Shown here piece by piece: positions 10,485 to 20,844 of a stretch of DNA of 34,735 nt. Where the stretch lies: positions 56,048,003-56,082,737 of the forward strand of contig NC_068989.1 of the NCBI RefSeq assembly GCF_001194135.2, read 5' to 3'. The stretch is from Octopus bimaculoides (lineage: Eukaryota). Both the position numbers and the translations under genes were made by a program. Each line of letters starts with the position of its first letter. The stretch's first letter is position 1. Below the pieces are notes generated by a model. That model was not told where the DNA came from and did not search any database. It worked only from the letters and a program-made list of their open reading frames with translations.

Positions 10485-10572
10485 TTATACTTTCTCAACT
10501 TGCCACACATGCAGAAGGATTGAACCTGGAACCATGTGGTTGCAAAGCAAACCTCTTTAATCACACAGCTTC
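10485..10572 (-). mobile_element. SINE family A head fragment
   Basis: gaacctggaaccatgtggttgcaaagcaaac..cacacagc. Confidence 0.7.
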
Positions 10573-11124
10573 ATCAATAATCTTTTCCTTCCAAGAGGAA
10601 GTCTTTAACCATTCTCAATAATAATTTGTCGCAAAGGTTATGATGAATAACTTATTACAAAGGTTATGATGTCTCAACAGATCAACAGTACCTGTCTTTT
10701 CCAAATCCACATTCTGTCTTCCGGTGATAAACATAAATTTCATCAAGACAAAGTAATGTTAAATCGGAACGATAAAGTCCGATTTATACATAATCACATA
10801 ATCAAATTTAGGTAATTGTCTCTTTGTTTTATTTGACCTTTAACTATTTCGGCAGCAGCATGGGGTCACTGCTATTTTGACAGAAAGAATTATAGATATT
10901 ATTTATTTATGTCTTGAAGGGTTGAAGAGAGGTTTGTGCTATGATAGAATTTTCAGCAGCTATTATAGTGAATGGATAAAAGTAGAGATGCTCGTCTTGA
11001 TGGCACATGCCTTTGGCAGTATGTTGATGTATATGTATGTGAATGTGTGTGTGTGTGTATATGTATGTGTGTGTGTGTGTGTGTGTGTGCGTGCTTGCCA
11101 GCCAGAGTGCATGTGTGTGTTTAT

Positions 11125-11158
<34 letters not shown>

Positions 11159-11496
11159 CAAAGTGTGTGTGTGAGGACGTTTGTGTGTTTGTGTATGTAC
11201 TCCTGTATATCAAAATTAGTATTAATGAGTATTTGCATATCAGCGCGCGTGTGTGTGTGTGTGTGATGAGGTGAGAAAAGGAAGAGGAAGAAACATTGAG
11301 CTATTGTAAGCTACCAATGAGGTTAACCTGTGAAACAAGTTCAATTCCTGCTTCAAACATACCAAAAATTTCTGACTAATTTACTTTCAACAGATTGAAA
11401 GATAAACACTTCACTGGCTGTTTATGTCTGTTTGTCTAACTGTCTGCGACTCTCTCTGAACATATACACACACACTTACACACATACATACATACA

Positions 11497-11529
<33 letters not shown>

Positions 11530-11789
11530 CAAAATAAGCAACAAGGATATCCAGAGGTAATGCAGTACAATCGTTTCATGCAACTCCATTTAATTGAACA
11601 ATGCAATCATTACATCTATTTGAATGCAGAGCAATCATCAGCTGCACAAAGACATAAAATTTAATTAAATTAGAACAGATGGACACATTAGTATAATTAT
11701 ATCTAAAATCTCCAAGAAGTTAAGGAGATAGACAAAGAACATGCTGCCTTCACTCCAGCGTAGAAGCTACTATTTCTAATACTATTTCT

Positions 11790-11858
11790 AAAGGTGCCAT
11801 GCTGTGGGACTGAACCCAGAACCATGTGGTTGGGAAGCAAACTTCTTACCACACAACC
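11790..11858 (-). mobile_element. SINE family A head fragment
   Basis: gtgggactgaacccagaaccatgtggttgggaagcaaacttcttaccacac. Confidence 0.8.
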
Positions 11859-11881
11859 TTTTGTGTGTGTGTGTGTGTGTG

Positions 11882-12208
11882 TGAAGGTGTGTGGCTTAGT
11901 GGTTAGGGCATTCAGCTCGTGAGTGTAAGGTCGTGAGTTCAATTCCCGGCAACACGTTGTATCCTTGAGCAAGACAGTTTATTTCACATTTCTCCAGTCC
12001 ACCCAGCTAGCAAAAATGAGTTTTACCTGTATTTCAAAGGGCTGGCCTTGTCACACTCTGTGTCACGCTGAATTTCCCTGAGAACTATGTTAAGGGTACA
12101 CGTGTCTGTGGATTGCTCAGTCACTTGCACATTAATTTCACGAGCAAGCTGTTCCGTTGATTGTATCAGCTGGGACCTTTGTCGTCATAACCGATGGAGT
12201 GCTCCAGT
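11882..12208 (+). mobile_element. SINE family B, near full length
   Basis: A/B-box-like head tggcttagtggttagggcattcagctc..gagttcaattcc; body matches 9950-10265. Confidence 0.88.
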
Positions 12209-12711
12209 GTGAAGATAGATAGATATGTCTGTATGTATGCATATATGTGTGTATATATATATACATGTATGAATATGAACTGATTGGTTGCCTTTAAATG
12301 TAATACTAAAACATTATTAGATGACAACATTACAAATTCTATGTGTGCGTGTGTATATGTATGAATAAATGGTGTATGTGTGTGTATGTGGTACATGTGT
12401 AAACATGTGTGCATATATGTAAGTGTCAATCATAAAGATAAATATATGTGTCCCTCGAGACCAGTGTAGCATGACATTTTAACCACCTCCTGTTTATGCT
12501 CTTTTGGAATATATGTATCCGGTGACCCATGAATATAATAAAAAATCTTTTTCTTGTAAACACACTTACTGCCTTTTCAGCTTTTTATCCTACATATTTT
12601 ATCTTTGGTTTTTACTATTTTATTTTTATATCTTTTGGTGCTCTACAGCTAAATTTTGGTCAATGAACAAATGGCTAATTACTTTATGGTTATATTTTGA
12701 GGTTTTATTCT

Positions 12712-13051
12712 TTTATTCTTTTACTTGCTTCAATCATTTGATTGCAGTCATGCTGGAGCATTGCCTTTAGTTGAACAAATCAACCCCAGGACTTATTCTT
12801 TATAAGCCTAGTACTTATTCTATCAGTCTTTTTTGCTGAACTGCTAAGTTACAGGGACGTAAACACACCAACATCGGTTGTCAAGCAATGGGCTTCTGTC
12901 AGTTTCCCTCTACCAAATCCACTCACAAGGCTTTGATCGGCCCAAGGTTACAGTAAAAGACACTTGCCCAAGGTACCATGCAGTGAGACTGAACCCGGAA
13001 ACATGTGGTTAAGAAGTAAGCTTCTTACCACATGGCCACTCCTGCGCCTAT
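12712..13051 (-). mobile_element. SINE family A lacking the internal microsatellite segment
   Basis: The halves are directly joined (ggttgtcaagcaat|gggcttctgtcag). The head ends ccactcctgcgccta, followed by a short duplication of ttcttaccacatggccact. Confidence 0.88.
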
Positions 13052-13629
13052 TCTTACCACATGGCCACTATTTTTTTTTTTCTGCCAAATAATCACATGT
13101 CCTGTATACTCATTCTTCACTTCAGCTTTATTATTATTCTTATTTTAATATCCTTTATCTGAAATCTTTCATCACACATCTTGTGACCTTTTCAGTGGCT
13201 CTCCATCCCATGTGTCTCCTCCGGTCCTGCTTAGTCCATTCTGTCTTTAATTATGTTATTTTTGATTTTACTGTATTTATTTTCTGAGTCAATAAATCAA
13301 CTTACTTTCCTTTTTCAATACATTCCCAATATGGGCATTCTAGTATCTTAGCAAATACATCTCAGGTTTGCTGCTATATAATGAGACACTATAGCTAAAT
13401 TTAATGGAGGTAAATGTTTCCTGTACATGAAATGTTCTGAGAAATCTTATTCGTTATGTTACAACAGAATTATATATGTATATATGTGCAGCTATGTGTA
13501 CATTTATATGTGTTGGGCCTTTTGGTGTTGTTGATGCAACTGGACACAGATTACAAAACAGTTGTCAACAAATGGAATAAATATTTCATCTCTCACTTCT
13601 ATAATTTTGTTAATTTTTAATTATGATTT

Positions 13630-13664
13630 ATATATACATATATGTATGCATGCATGTTTGTATG

Positions 13665-13718
<54 letters not shown>

Positions 13719-13890
13719 CATACACATATATATATATATACACACATACATACACATATATATATATGCACACACATACATATATACATAATATATATGT
13801 ACATGTATATACATACATACATAAATACATACATTCATACACACACATACAATTATATACGTATGCATGTATGTATGTATGTATGTATTA
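13630..13890. repeat. Compound (TA)/(CATA) microsatellite
   Basis: Direct reading. Confidence 0.9.
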
Positions 13891-14319
13891 CTAATTGCAA
13901 ATCTGCTTCAGTTAGATAAAAGAAAAACCTGAAAAAGCAAAGCTAAAATTTTCACTATTTTTTTTTTTTTGAAAATAGCTTCAGTGAAACTGTGCAAAGA
14001 GCTGTCAAGTCGTGCAACTGCAAACTAAGTGAACTGTTCTCACAAAGGAGAAAAACAAAAAACAAAAGCAGAACAAGAGAAATCAAAGTGATATTATAAT
14101 ATATAATATTTCAGTTGAATTATAATATGATAATATAATATAAAAATAACTATTTTATTGATTTCTACAATATGATAACTCTAGTTAAAAGATGAAATAT
14201 TTTTATCATGTATTTCTGTAGATATTACAAATCAGAAAGACTGCTTTTGAAAGTATATTACAGTAATGTGAAACCACAGTTTTTAGTGTGTTGTTTCAAA
14301 GTTGAAAGTTATCGAAATA

Positions 14320-14540
14320 ATAATGGTTCTAAATTTTGGTACAAGGTCTGTAATTTCAGGTGAGGGGGTTAAGTCGATTACACTGACCCCAGTGTCCAAC
14401 TGGTCCCTTATCTCTTTGATCCTGAAAGAATGAAAGGCAAATTTGACCTCAGTAGAACTTGGACTCAGAACGCTAAGATGAGCAAAATGCTGCTAAGCAT
14501 TTTTCCCGGTGCAGTAATGATCCTGCAAGCTCTCCACCTT
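14320..14540 (-). mobile_element. SINE family C with (TTA)n-type tail
   Basis: aataataat...acaaggtctgtaatttc...gaaagaatgaaaggcaaatttgacctc...ctaagcatttttcc. Confidence 0.85.
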
Positions 14541-14630
14541 TTAGTTATTGAAACAATGATAACAATAATAATAATCACTTCTAAATACATTTTCTTGTCA
14601 GAAGTCAAGAGATAAAGACCAGTTGAAGAA

Positions 14631-14671
<41 letters not shown>

Positions 14672-15654
14672 NNNNNNNNNNNNNNNNNNNNNNNNNNNNN
14701 NNNNNNNNNNNNNNNNNNNNNNNNNNNNNNNNNNNNNNNNNNNNNNNNNNNNNNNNNNNNNNNNNNNNNNNNNNNNNNNNNNNNNNNNNNNNNNNNNNNN
14801 NNNNNNNNNNNNNNNNNNNNNNNNNNNNNNNNNNNNNNNNNNNNNNNNNNNNNNNNNNNNNNNNNNNNNNNNNNNNNNNNNNNNNNNNNNNNNNNNNNNN
14901 NNNNNNNNNNNNNNNNNNNNNNNNNNNNNNNNNNNNNNNNNNNNNNNNNNNNNNNNNNNNNNNNNNNNNNNNNNNNNNNNNNNNNNNNNNNNNNNNNNNN
15001 NNNNNNNNNNNNNNNNNNNNNNNNNNNNNNNNNNNNNNNNNNNNNNNNNNNNNNNNNNNNNNNNNNNNNNNNNNNNNNNNNNNNNNNNNNNNNNNNNNNN
15101 NNNNNNNNNNNNNNNNNNNNNNNNNNNNNNNNNNNNNNNNNNNNNNNNNNNNNNNNNNNNNNNNNNNNNNNNNNNNNNNNNNNNNNNNNNNNNNNNNNNN
15201 NNNNNNNNNNNNNNNNNNNNNNNNNNNNNNNNNNNNNNNNNNNNNNNNNNNNNNNNNNNNNNNNNNNNNNNNNNNNNNNNNNNNNNNNNNNNNNNNNNNN
15301 NNNNNNNNNNNNNNNNNNNNNNNNNNNNNNNNNNNNNNNNNNNNNNNNNNNNNNNNNNNNNNNNNNNNNNNNNNNNNNNNNNNNNNNNNNNNNNNNNNNN
15401 NNNNNNNNNNNNNNNNNNNNNNNNNNNNNNNNNNNNNNNNNNNNNNNNNNNNNNNNNNNNNNNNNNNNNNNNNNNNNNNNNNNNNNNNNNNNNNNNNNNN
15501 NNNNNNNNNNNNNNNNNNNNNNNNNNNNNNNNNNNNNNNNNNNNNNNNNNNNNNNNNNNNNNNNNNNNNNNNNNNNNNNNNNNNNNNNTTTTTTTGATCA
15601 TAACCAAATGTACAACCACACATACAAACATGCACACACACACACATATTAAGA

Positions 15655-16206
15655 AGCATCAGATGTTGTGTGCAAGAGAGAAAATTGCATTAGTTTAGTC
15701 ATGTGATGCATATGGATGAGGACAGTTGCATAAAGAAGTGTTGAGCTCTAATTGTGGACAGTACTTGTGGAAAGGGTAGACCCAGGAAGATGTGGGACAA
15801 AGTGGTGAGAAAGAATCTTCAAACACTAGGCCTCACTGAGAAAATGATAAGGGACCGGGAGATGTGACGATTTGCTGTACTTAATAAGACGCTAATTAAA
15901 ATCGCTGCCTTCCACACATACAGGCTTCTCTTTACAGGTGCTGGTGCCACTTAAAAAGCACTTGTGCCAGTACTGCGTTAACACACCCATGCCGGTGCAG
16001 CATAAACATATCCATGCTCGTGACATGTAAAAAGCACTTTGCACTCTCTGTTAAGTGGTTGGCATTAGGAAGGGCATCCAGCCATAGAAACCATGCCTTA
16101 GCAGACAGCTGGAGTCTAGACAGATCCCTGCTAGCCAGCTCCATGTCAAACCATCCAACCCATGCCAGCATGGAAAATGGACATTAAATGATGATGATGA
16201 TGATGA
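15655..16206 (+). mobile_element. RTE LINE 3' end (decayed ORF C-terminus, 3' UTR and (GAT)n tail)
   Basis: Translation: QERKLH*FSHVMHMDEDSCIKKC*ALIVDSTCGKGRPRKMWDKVVRKNLQTLGLTEKMIRDREM*RFAV, matching the RTE WFGHVxRM...GRPRxTW motif. Confidence 0.88.
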
Positions 16207-16440
16207 TACATATATATATATACACACACATCCACATATATACATTACAGATACCGTTAGGTTTTTTTTCCCACTGCTGGATGTGAATATATACATTCCT
16301 ATTCATATTTTCATTCATATTCACAGTAATTAGAACACACATATTTTAAAGCATACATATTGTAATATTGTTTGTATGTAGCTTTGTATATATGTTTGTG
16401 TATGTATAGTTGTACATCTCTCTACCTATCTATCTATCTA

Positions 16441-16473
<33 letters not shown>

Positions 16474-17429
16474 GGAGAGAGAGTGAGTGGTAGGGGGCAA
16501 GTATGTATACATGAATCTATAGGTATAAATATGCAGAGGGATTGAAGGACAAGTATATCAAAATATTGAAATTTATGTGTGCAAATGAATGGGTTAATAC
16601 ACAAATGTATGAGCATTCGTGAATGCAGGTATCTATACATGTATTTGTGTTCGTTATTTAAATATATGTGAATATGTATGCATAATTATGAGTGACAGTG
16701 TCAATAAACTAGCAGTAGGAGTCTGTGTATATATAAAATAATTATCACAATATATGTGTTGAATATATGCATGTGTAAATGGATGTAGTTAATTGTTTCA
16801 TTGAATGAATTTATCTAGGTTGTTGGATTCAATAAAAGAATTTCCCCTTTGATGTTCAGATAACAAGTTTGCTAGTCAAGCAACAATATCTGTGATGACT
16901 TCAGAATACTTGATTGTCAAATCTAGCTATCTGGCCACTTTATTTCTTGAAGGTGGCACAGTGGGACATAAAGTTGTTCTGATAAACCAAATTGTTGAGA
17001 TAAAACTAAAGTAATTATCTTGTCAAATTCTATTACTCCTCTTTTATCCATTTTACTCCCTTTCTTCTTATATTTCTCTTAATTGAATATGATTACTAGC
17101 AATTGCCTACTTCATAATGCTATGTGGGCCCTTACTAGTAAGATTGCAAGATCAATTGGCATATTGCATTTTGTGGAGTTCTGATGAATTGATTCTGTCA
17201 TGCACTGTAAAAGAAAACTTGCACGCTGCATGAGAATAAATTAATAATTGGTAACAATAAGATGCCAAATTGGTTACAATGGAAATTGATGAAACAATTG
17301 TAAACAATGTAGTAAAAGGAACTTGCTAATCTCAATCTTTTTATTAAATGTACTCTACAGATGTTTAATGGATTTTCAGATTATGGACAGTAGTGTCATA
17401 AGGAAGCTTTCCACTTTTCTATTTTCAGG

Positions 17430-17765
17430 TAGTCACCATCCGCAGAAGTGCCTCATAAGGGAAATTCTTGGATTATATATCCCAATTTACTTATTGAGGC
17501 CCATTTCCTCTCATTGTTTTAGCTTTAAAGATGAAGCCACTCTGCTGGCTAGGTGGGTGAGCCAGTTATTACCTCTTCAGTTTGGTTAGCTTCCGACTTC
17601 TGACAAACAGATTATATGCTTGCTTCTGTGAGGTAGTCCTTCCATAGAGTTGGTAGTTTGGTACCATTGTAGCTTGGTTGGACTTGCCTAGTATACATCC
17701 TGCTACCATAGCTACCAAACAACCATTGCCACTGTTACCTCACTATGAGGTACTGTAGAAGGATT
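17430..17765. other. Repeat-free, self-complementary island (candidate structured RNA or splicing element)
   Basis: Several imperfect stems (17651-17673/17702-17725; 17628-17637/17734-17743; 17450-17459/17490-17500; 17447-17457/17744-17754). Function unknown. Confidence 0.45.
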
Positions 17766-17770
17766 TTGCA

Positions 17771-17803
<33 letters not shown>

Positions 17804-17929
17804 GTATGAGAGGCATTTCAGGGTATATTTGGTAGTTTAATAAAACAACTCTAATCTGTCAAAAACCAAATGCAATAAAAATGTTAAAAAAAGTGTACTC
17901 GCCACATCAATATGGCTGTTTAATTGGAT

Positions 17930-18094
17930 CTGGTGATCCTGTCGTCTGCTAGAAGATGGTAGAGGTTCATTCACCTGCTTGCAATATATACTGGATGCAG
18001 ATTGCATTGATAACCAGCTGGAGGAGGCTCTTTCTGGGGTTAAAAATGGTAGTAACATTGAACAGCCATATTGATGTGGTGATAAACATTACTT
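17930..18094 (+). mobile_element. Decayed RTE-type RT core fragment, copy 1
   Basis: SPACNIY...LEEALSGVK..., resembling SPLLFNIYxE...LEEA..GVKIG; diverged direct-repeat partner at 18514-18682. Confidence 0.55.
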
Positions 18095-18135
18095 CTCAGT
18101 ATAGTTACTACTTTCATCTCTTATACAGATTTTCT

Positions 18136-18357
18136 TATTTCTTTATTACCCACAAGGGGCTAAACATAGAGGGGACAAACAAGGACAGACAAATGGATAA
18201 ATCGATTATATCGACCCCAGTGTGTAACTGGTACTTATTTAATCAGCCCCGAAAGGATGAAAGGCAAAGTCAACCTTGGCGGAATTTGAACTCAGAACGT
18301 AGCAACAGATGAAATACCGCTAAGCATTTCGCCTGGCGGGCTAACGTTTCTGCCAGC
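18136..18357 (-). mobile_element. SINE family C variant with a different 3' tail and a 15-bp TSD
   Basis: TSD ttatacagattttct at 18121-18135 and 18358-18372; CpG-rich head suggests a younger copy. Confidence 0.9.
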
Positions 18358-18513
18358 TTATACAGATTTTCTAATGAGCTACTTTGCTTGTTGCAAGATC
18401 AGTGACTGATTGTCACTTGGTTTTCTATATATTGCTAGCAAGAGATAACTCCTGATATCTCTAGTGGCCGGGTGTTCACTATTGACGATGGATACAAATA
18501 GCCTGAAACTCTT

Positions 18514-18682
18514 TGGTCTGGTGATCCTATCATCTGCTAGAAGATGGCAGAGGTTTGCTCCTCTGCTTGTAATATATACTGAGTACAGATTGCATTGATA
18601 ACCAGCTGGAGGAAGCTCTGCCTGGGGTTAAAATTGGTAGTAATGTCAAACAGCCATATTGATGTGGCAATAAACATTACTT
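18514..18682 (+). mobile_element. Decayed RTE-type RT core fragment, copy 2
   Basis: APLLVIYTEY...LEEALPGVKIG in mixed frames; diverged copy of 17930-18094. Confidence 0.55.
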
Positions 18683-18708
18683 ATATATATATATGTGTGT
18701 GTGTGTGC

Positions 18709-18753
<45 letters not shown>

Positions 18754-19139
18754 TCGAAATGTTAGCACTAAGCAGTGTTTAGGCATGAGTAGAACTAAGG
18801 TTAATTGAAATATGTTTGTGACATATTTCAATTGCTAAAAGACAAATACACTGCAGTTACCATGAAGAATATATCTCTCTTATGGTAAAAAGGTGTGAAA
18901 ACACCCAGTTCACTCAGTGTCGCCATCTATTAGGAATCTCAGACATCGATGTTTCAAGCTTCTTGGCTCTTGTCAATGAGATTTAGTTAAGAGAGGCAAC
19001 TTTGAATGAACTTATAAAGTCATAGCTTTATGTATGCTTTGCACTAATAGCTTGCCCGATCAAGAAAGATAACGANNNNNNNNNNAACATCTAACTACCT
19101 CTGTCCAGCCAGCTGCCATGATTGACCGCTAGCTTCAAA

Positions 19140-19305
19140 AGATTTTTCATTCATTCTCTGATTATTTCCTCGTGTTCCTTTCTGTTGAAGAGCGTAGGCT
19201 CGAAATGTGAAAGATTTTCTCACCTTCCCGAGCATTAAACTAATACATCTGTTTGCTGTTTATACACCTGTCTTCGTCTTTTGTTTTTCTGTAAATTTCA
19301 ACTAT
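19140..19305 (+). mobile_element. Penelope-like element terminal repeat fragment with hammerhead-like motif
   Basis: cttt-CTGTTGA-A-GAGC gtag GCTC-GAAA-TGTG-aaag at 19178-19213; second copy at 6359-6485 (-). Confidence 0.6.
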
Positions 19306-19314
19306 ATATATATA

Positions 19315-19540
19315 GACACACACACACATATATGTATGTATATATGTCTGTGTCTGTCCCTCCACCATTGCTTGACAACCGATGTTGGTGTGTTTATGTC
19401 CCTGTAACTTAGCAGTTCGGCAAAAGAAACTGAAAGAATAAGTACTAGGCTTGCAATGAATAAGTTCTGGGGTAGATTTGTTCAACTAAAAGTAGTGCTC
19501 CAGCATGGCCACAGTCAAATGACTAAAACAAGTAAAAAAT
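19315..19540 (+). mobile_element. SINE family A, 3' half
   Basis: Matches 2289-2522. Confidence 0.85.
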
Positions 19541-19640
19541 AATACACACACACACACACACACACATATATATGTATATATATATATATAAAGAGAGAGT
19601 TAGTCAAATAGACAGACAGATATATAGATAGATAGATAGG

Positions 19641-19672
<32 letters not shown>

Positions 19673-19984
19673 CAGACAAACAATATAGAGTATTTTTTAT
19701 ATTTATACACATTCTTCTGTGTGTGTGTGTGTGTGTGTGCGTGTGCGTTTGCATGTGCGCATGTGTGTATGAGTGTATGTATGTATGTGTGATTGTGTGT
19801 GTGTGTGTGTGTGTGTGCACGTGTGTATGTGTGTATATATACATGTGTGTGTATGCACACGTGTGTGTTTAAATTTCATAATAGAACTAACATTTCAGGA
19901 AAATTAGCATAATTTCTCAGAAGATTACAGGAATTCAATTTCAATTGTTATTTGCCTCTTTTCTCCACCCTTATATACCAACAG

Positions 19985-19999
19985 CTCTCTCACTCTCTT

Positions 20000-20083
<84 letters not shown>

Positions 20084-20153
20084 GCTCTCTCTCTCTCTCT
20101 CTCTCTCTTTCGCTCTCTCTCTCTCTCTCTCTCTCTTTCGCTCTCTCTCTCAC
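19985..20153. repeat. (CT)n homopyrimidine tract with ttcg interruptions
   Basis: Direct reading. Confidence 0.95.
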
Positions 20154-20192
20154 TCTGTATGTATATATATGTGTGCATGTGTATGTATAGGC

Positions 20193-20223
<31 letters not shown>

Positions 20224-20383
20224 TGTGTGTATCTATCTATCTATCTGTGTAATGTTTCTCAAGAGTGAAATAAGAGGCATATACTCCAAAATGTTTGCTG
20301 AAAATGAGGTAACACACTTCCGTCCTCCTGAATCATCCAAATCATTCCTGTCCAGTGAGCCAGCCAGCCCAGCTCTTCCTTAC

Positions 20384-20404
20384 CCAACTCTTCCTCGCCC
20401 ACCA
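20384..20404 (-). CDS. Candidate 21-nt microexon of an unidentified minus-strand gene
   Basis: Minus strand: tcatctgcttgcttgtttgcttgtgtag|TGGTGGGCGAGGAAGAGTTGG|gtaagg; frame-preserving and open in all three phases. Splice signals only. Confidence 0.3.
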
Positions 20405-20636
20405 CTACACAAGCAAACAAGCAAGCAGATGACACACACTACAGCTATAATGACATCAAATTGACAATATTTCTTCGTTTTAAAATCCTCCTCACTTGCC
20501 AGGAAGTGCTACGGTCCTCTTTTAATGCTAATTAGGACAGTGTTATTTAGATTTCTCGGAAGCACTTTTGTTGGAATCATTCGTTCCACTGCTCTAGAAT
20601 TTACTCCCTTATTTCTTTATCATCATCATCAGCAGC

Positions 20637-20671
<35 letters not shown>

Positions 20672-20792
20672 CAGTAGTAGTGATGGTGGCGGTGGCAGTG
20701 CTGCTGCTGCTGTCATCATCATCATCATCATCACCATCATTTTATTTATGGGGGTGTTATTTTCTTTTTCTTTGACTTACTAAGTAATGTTC

Positions 20793-20824
<32 letters not shown>

Positions 20825-20844
20825 NNNNNNNNNNTATATATATG

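Noticed and set aside
10760-10786. 9-bp perfect hairpin taaatcgga/tccgattta
   Set aside because: Too short to be significant; no Helitron-type CTRR end follows.
11231-11238. Octamer motif ATTTGCAT
   Set aside because: A single 8-mer between microsatellites with no supporting snRNA or promoter context.
16858-17010. ~50-codon open frame (DNKFASQ...IKLK)
   Set aside because: Length is within chance expectation for six frames of 35 kb, with no homology recognised.
17629-17650. TGAGGTAGTCCTTCCATAGAGT as a let-7 gene
   Set aside because: Only the first 9 nt match let-7 (UGAGGUAGUAGGUUGUAUAGUU); the rest and the hairpin geometry do not fit.
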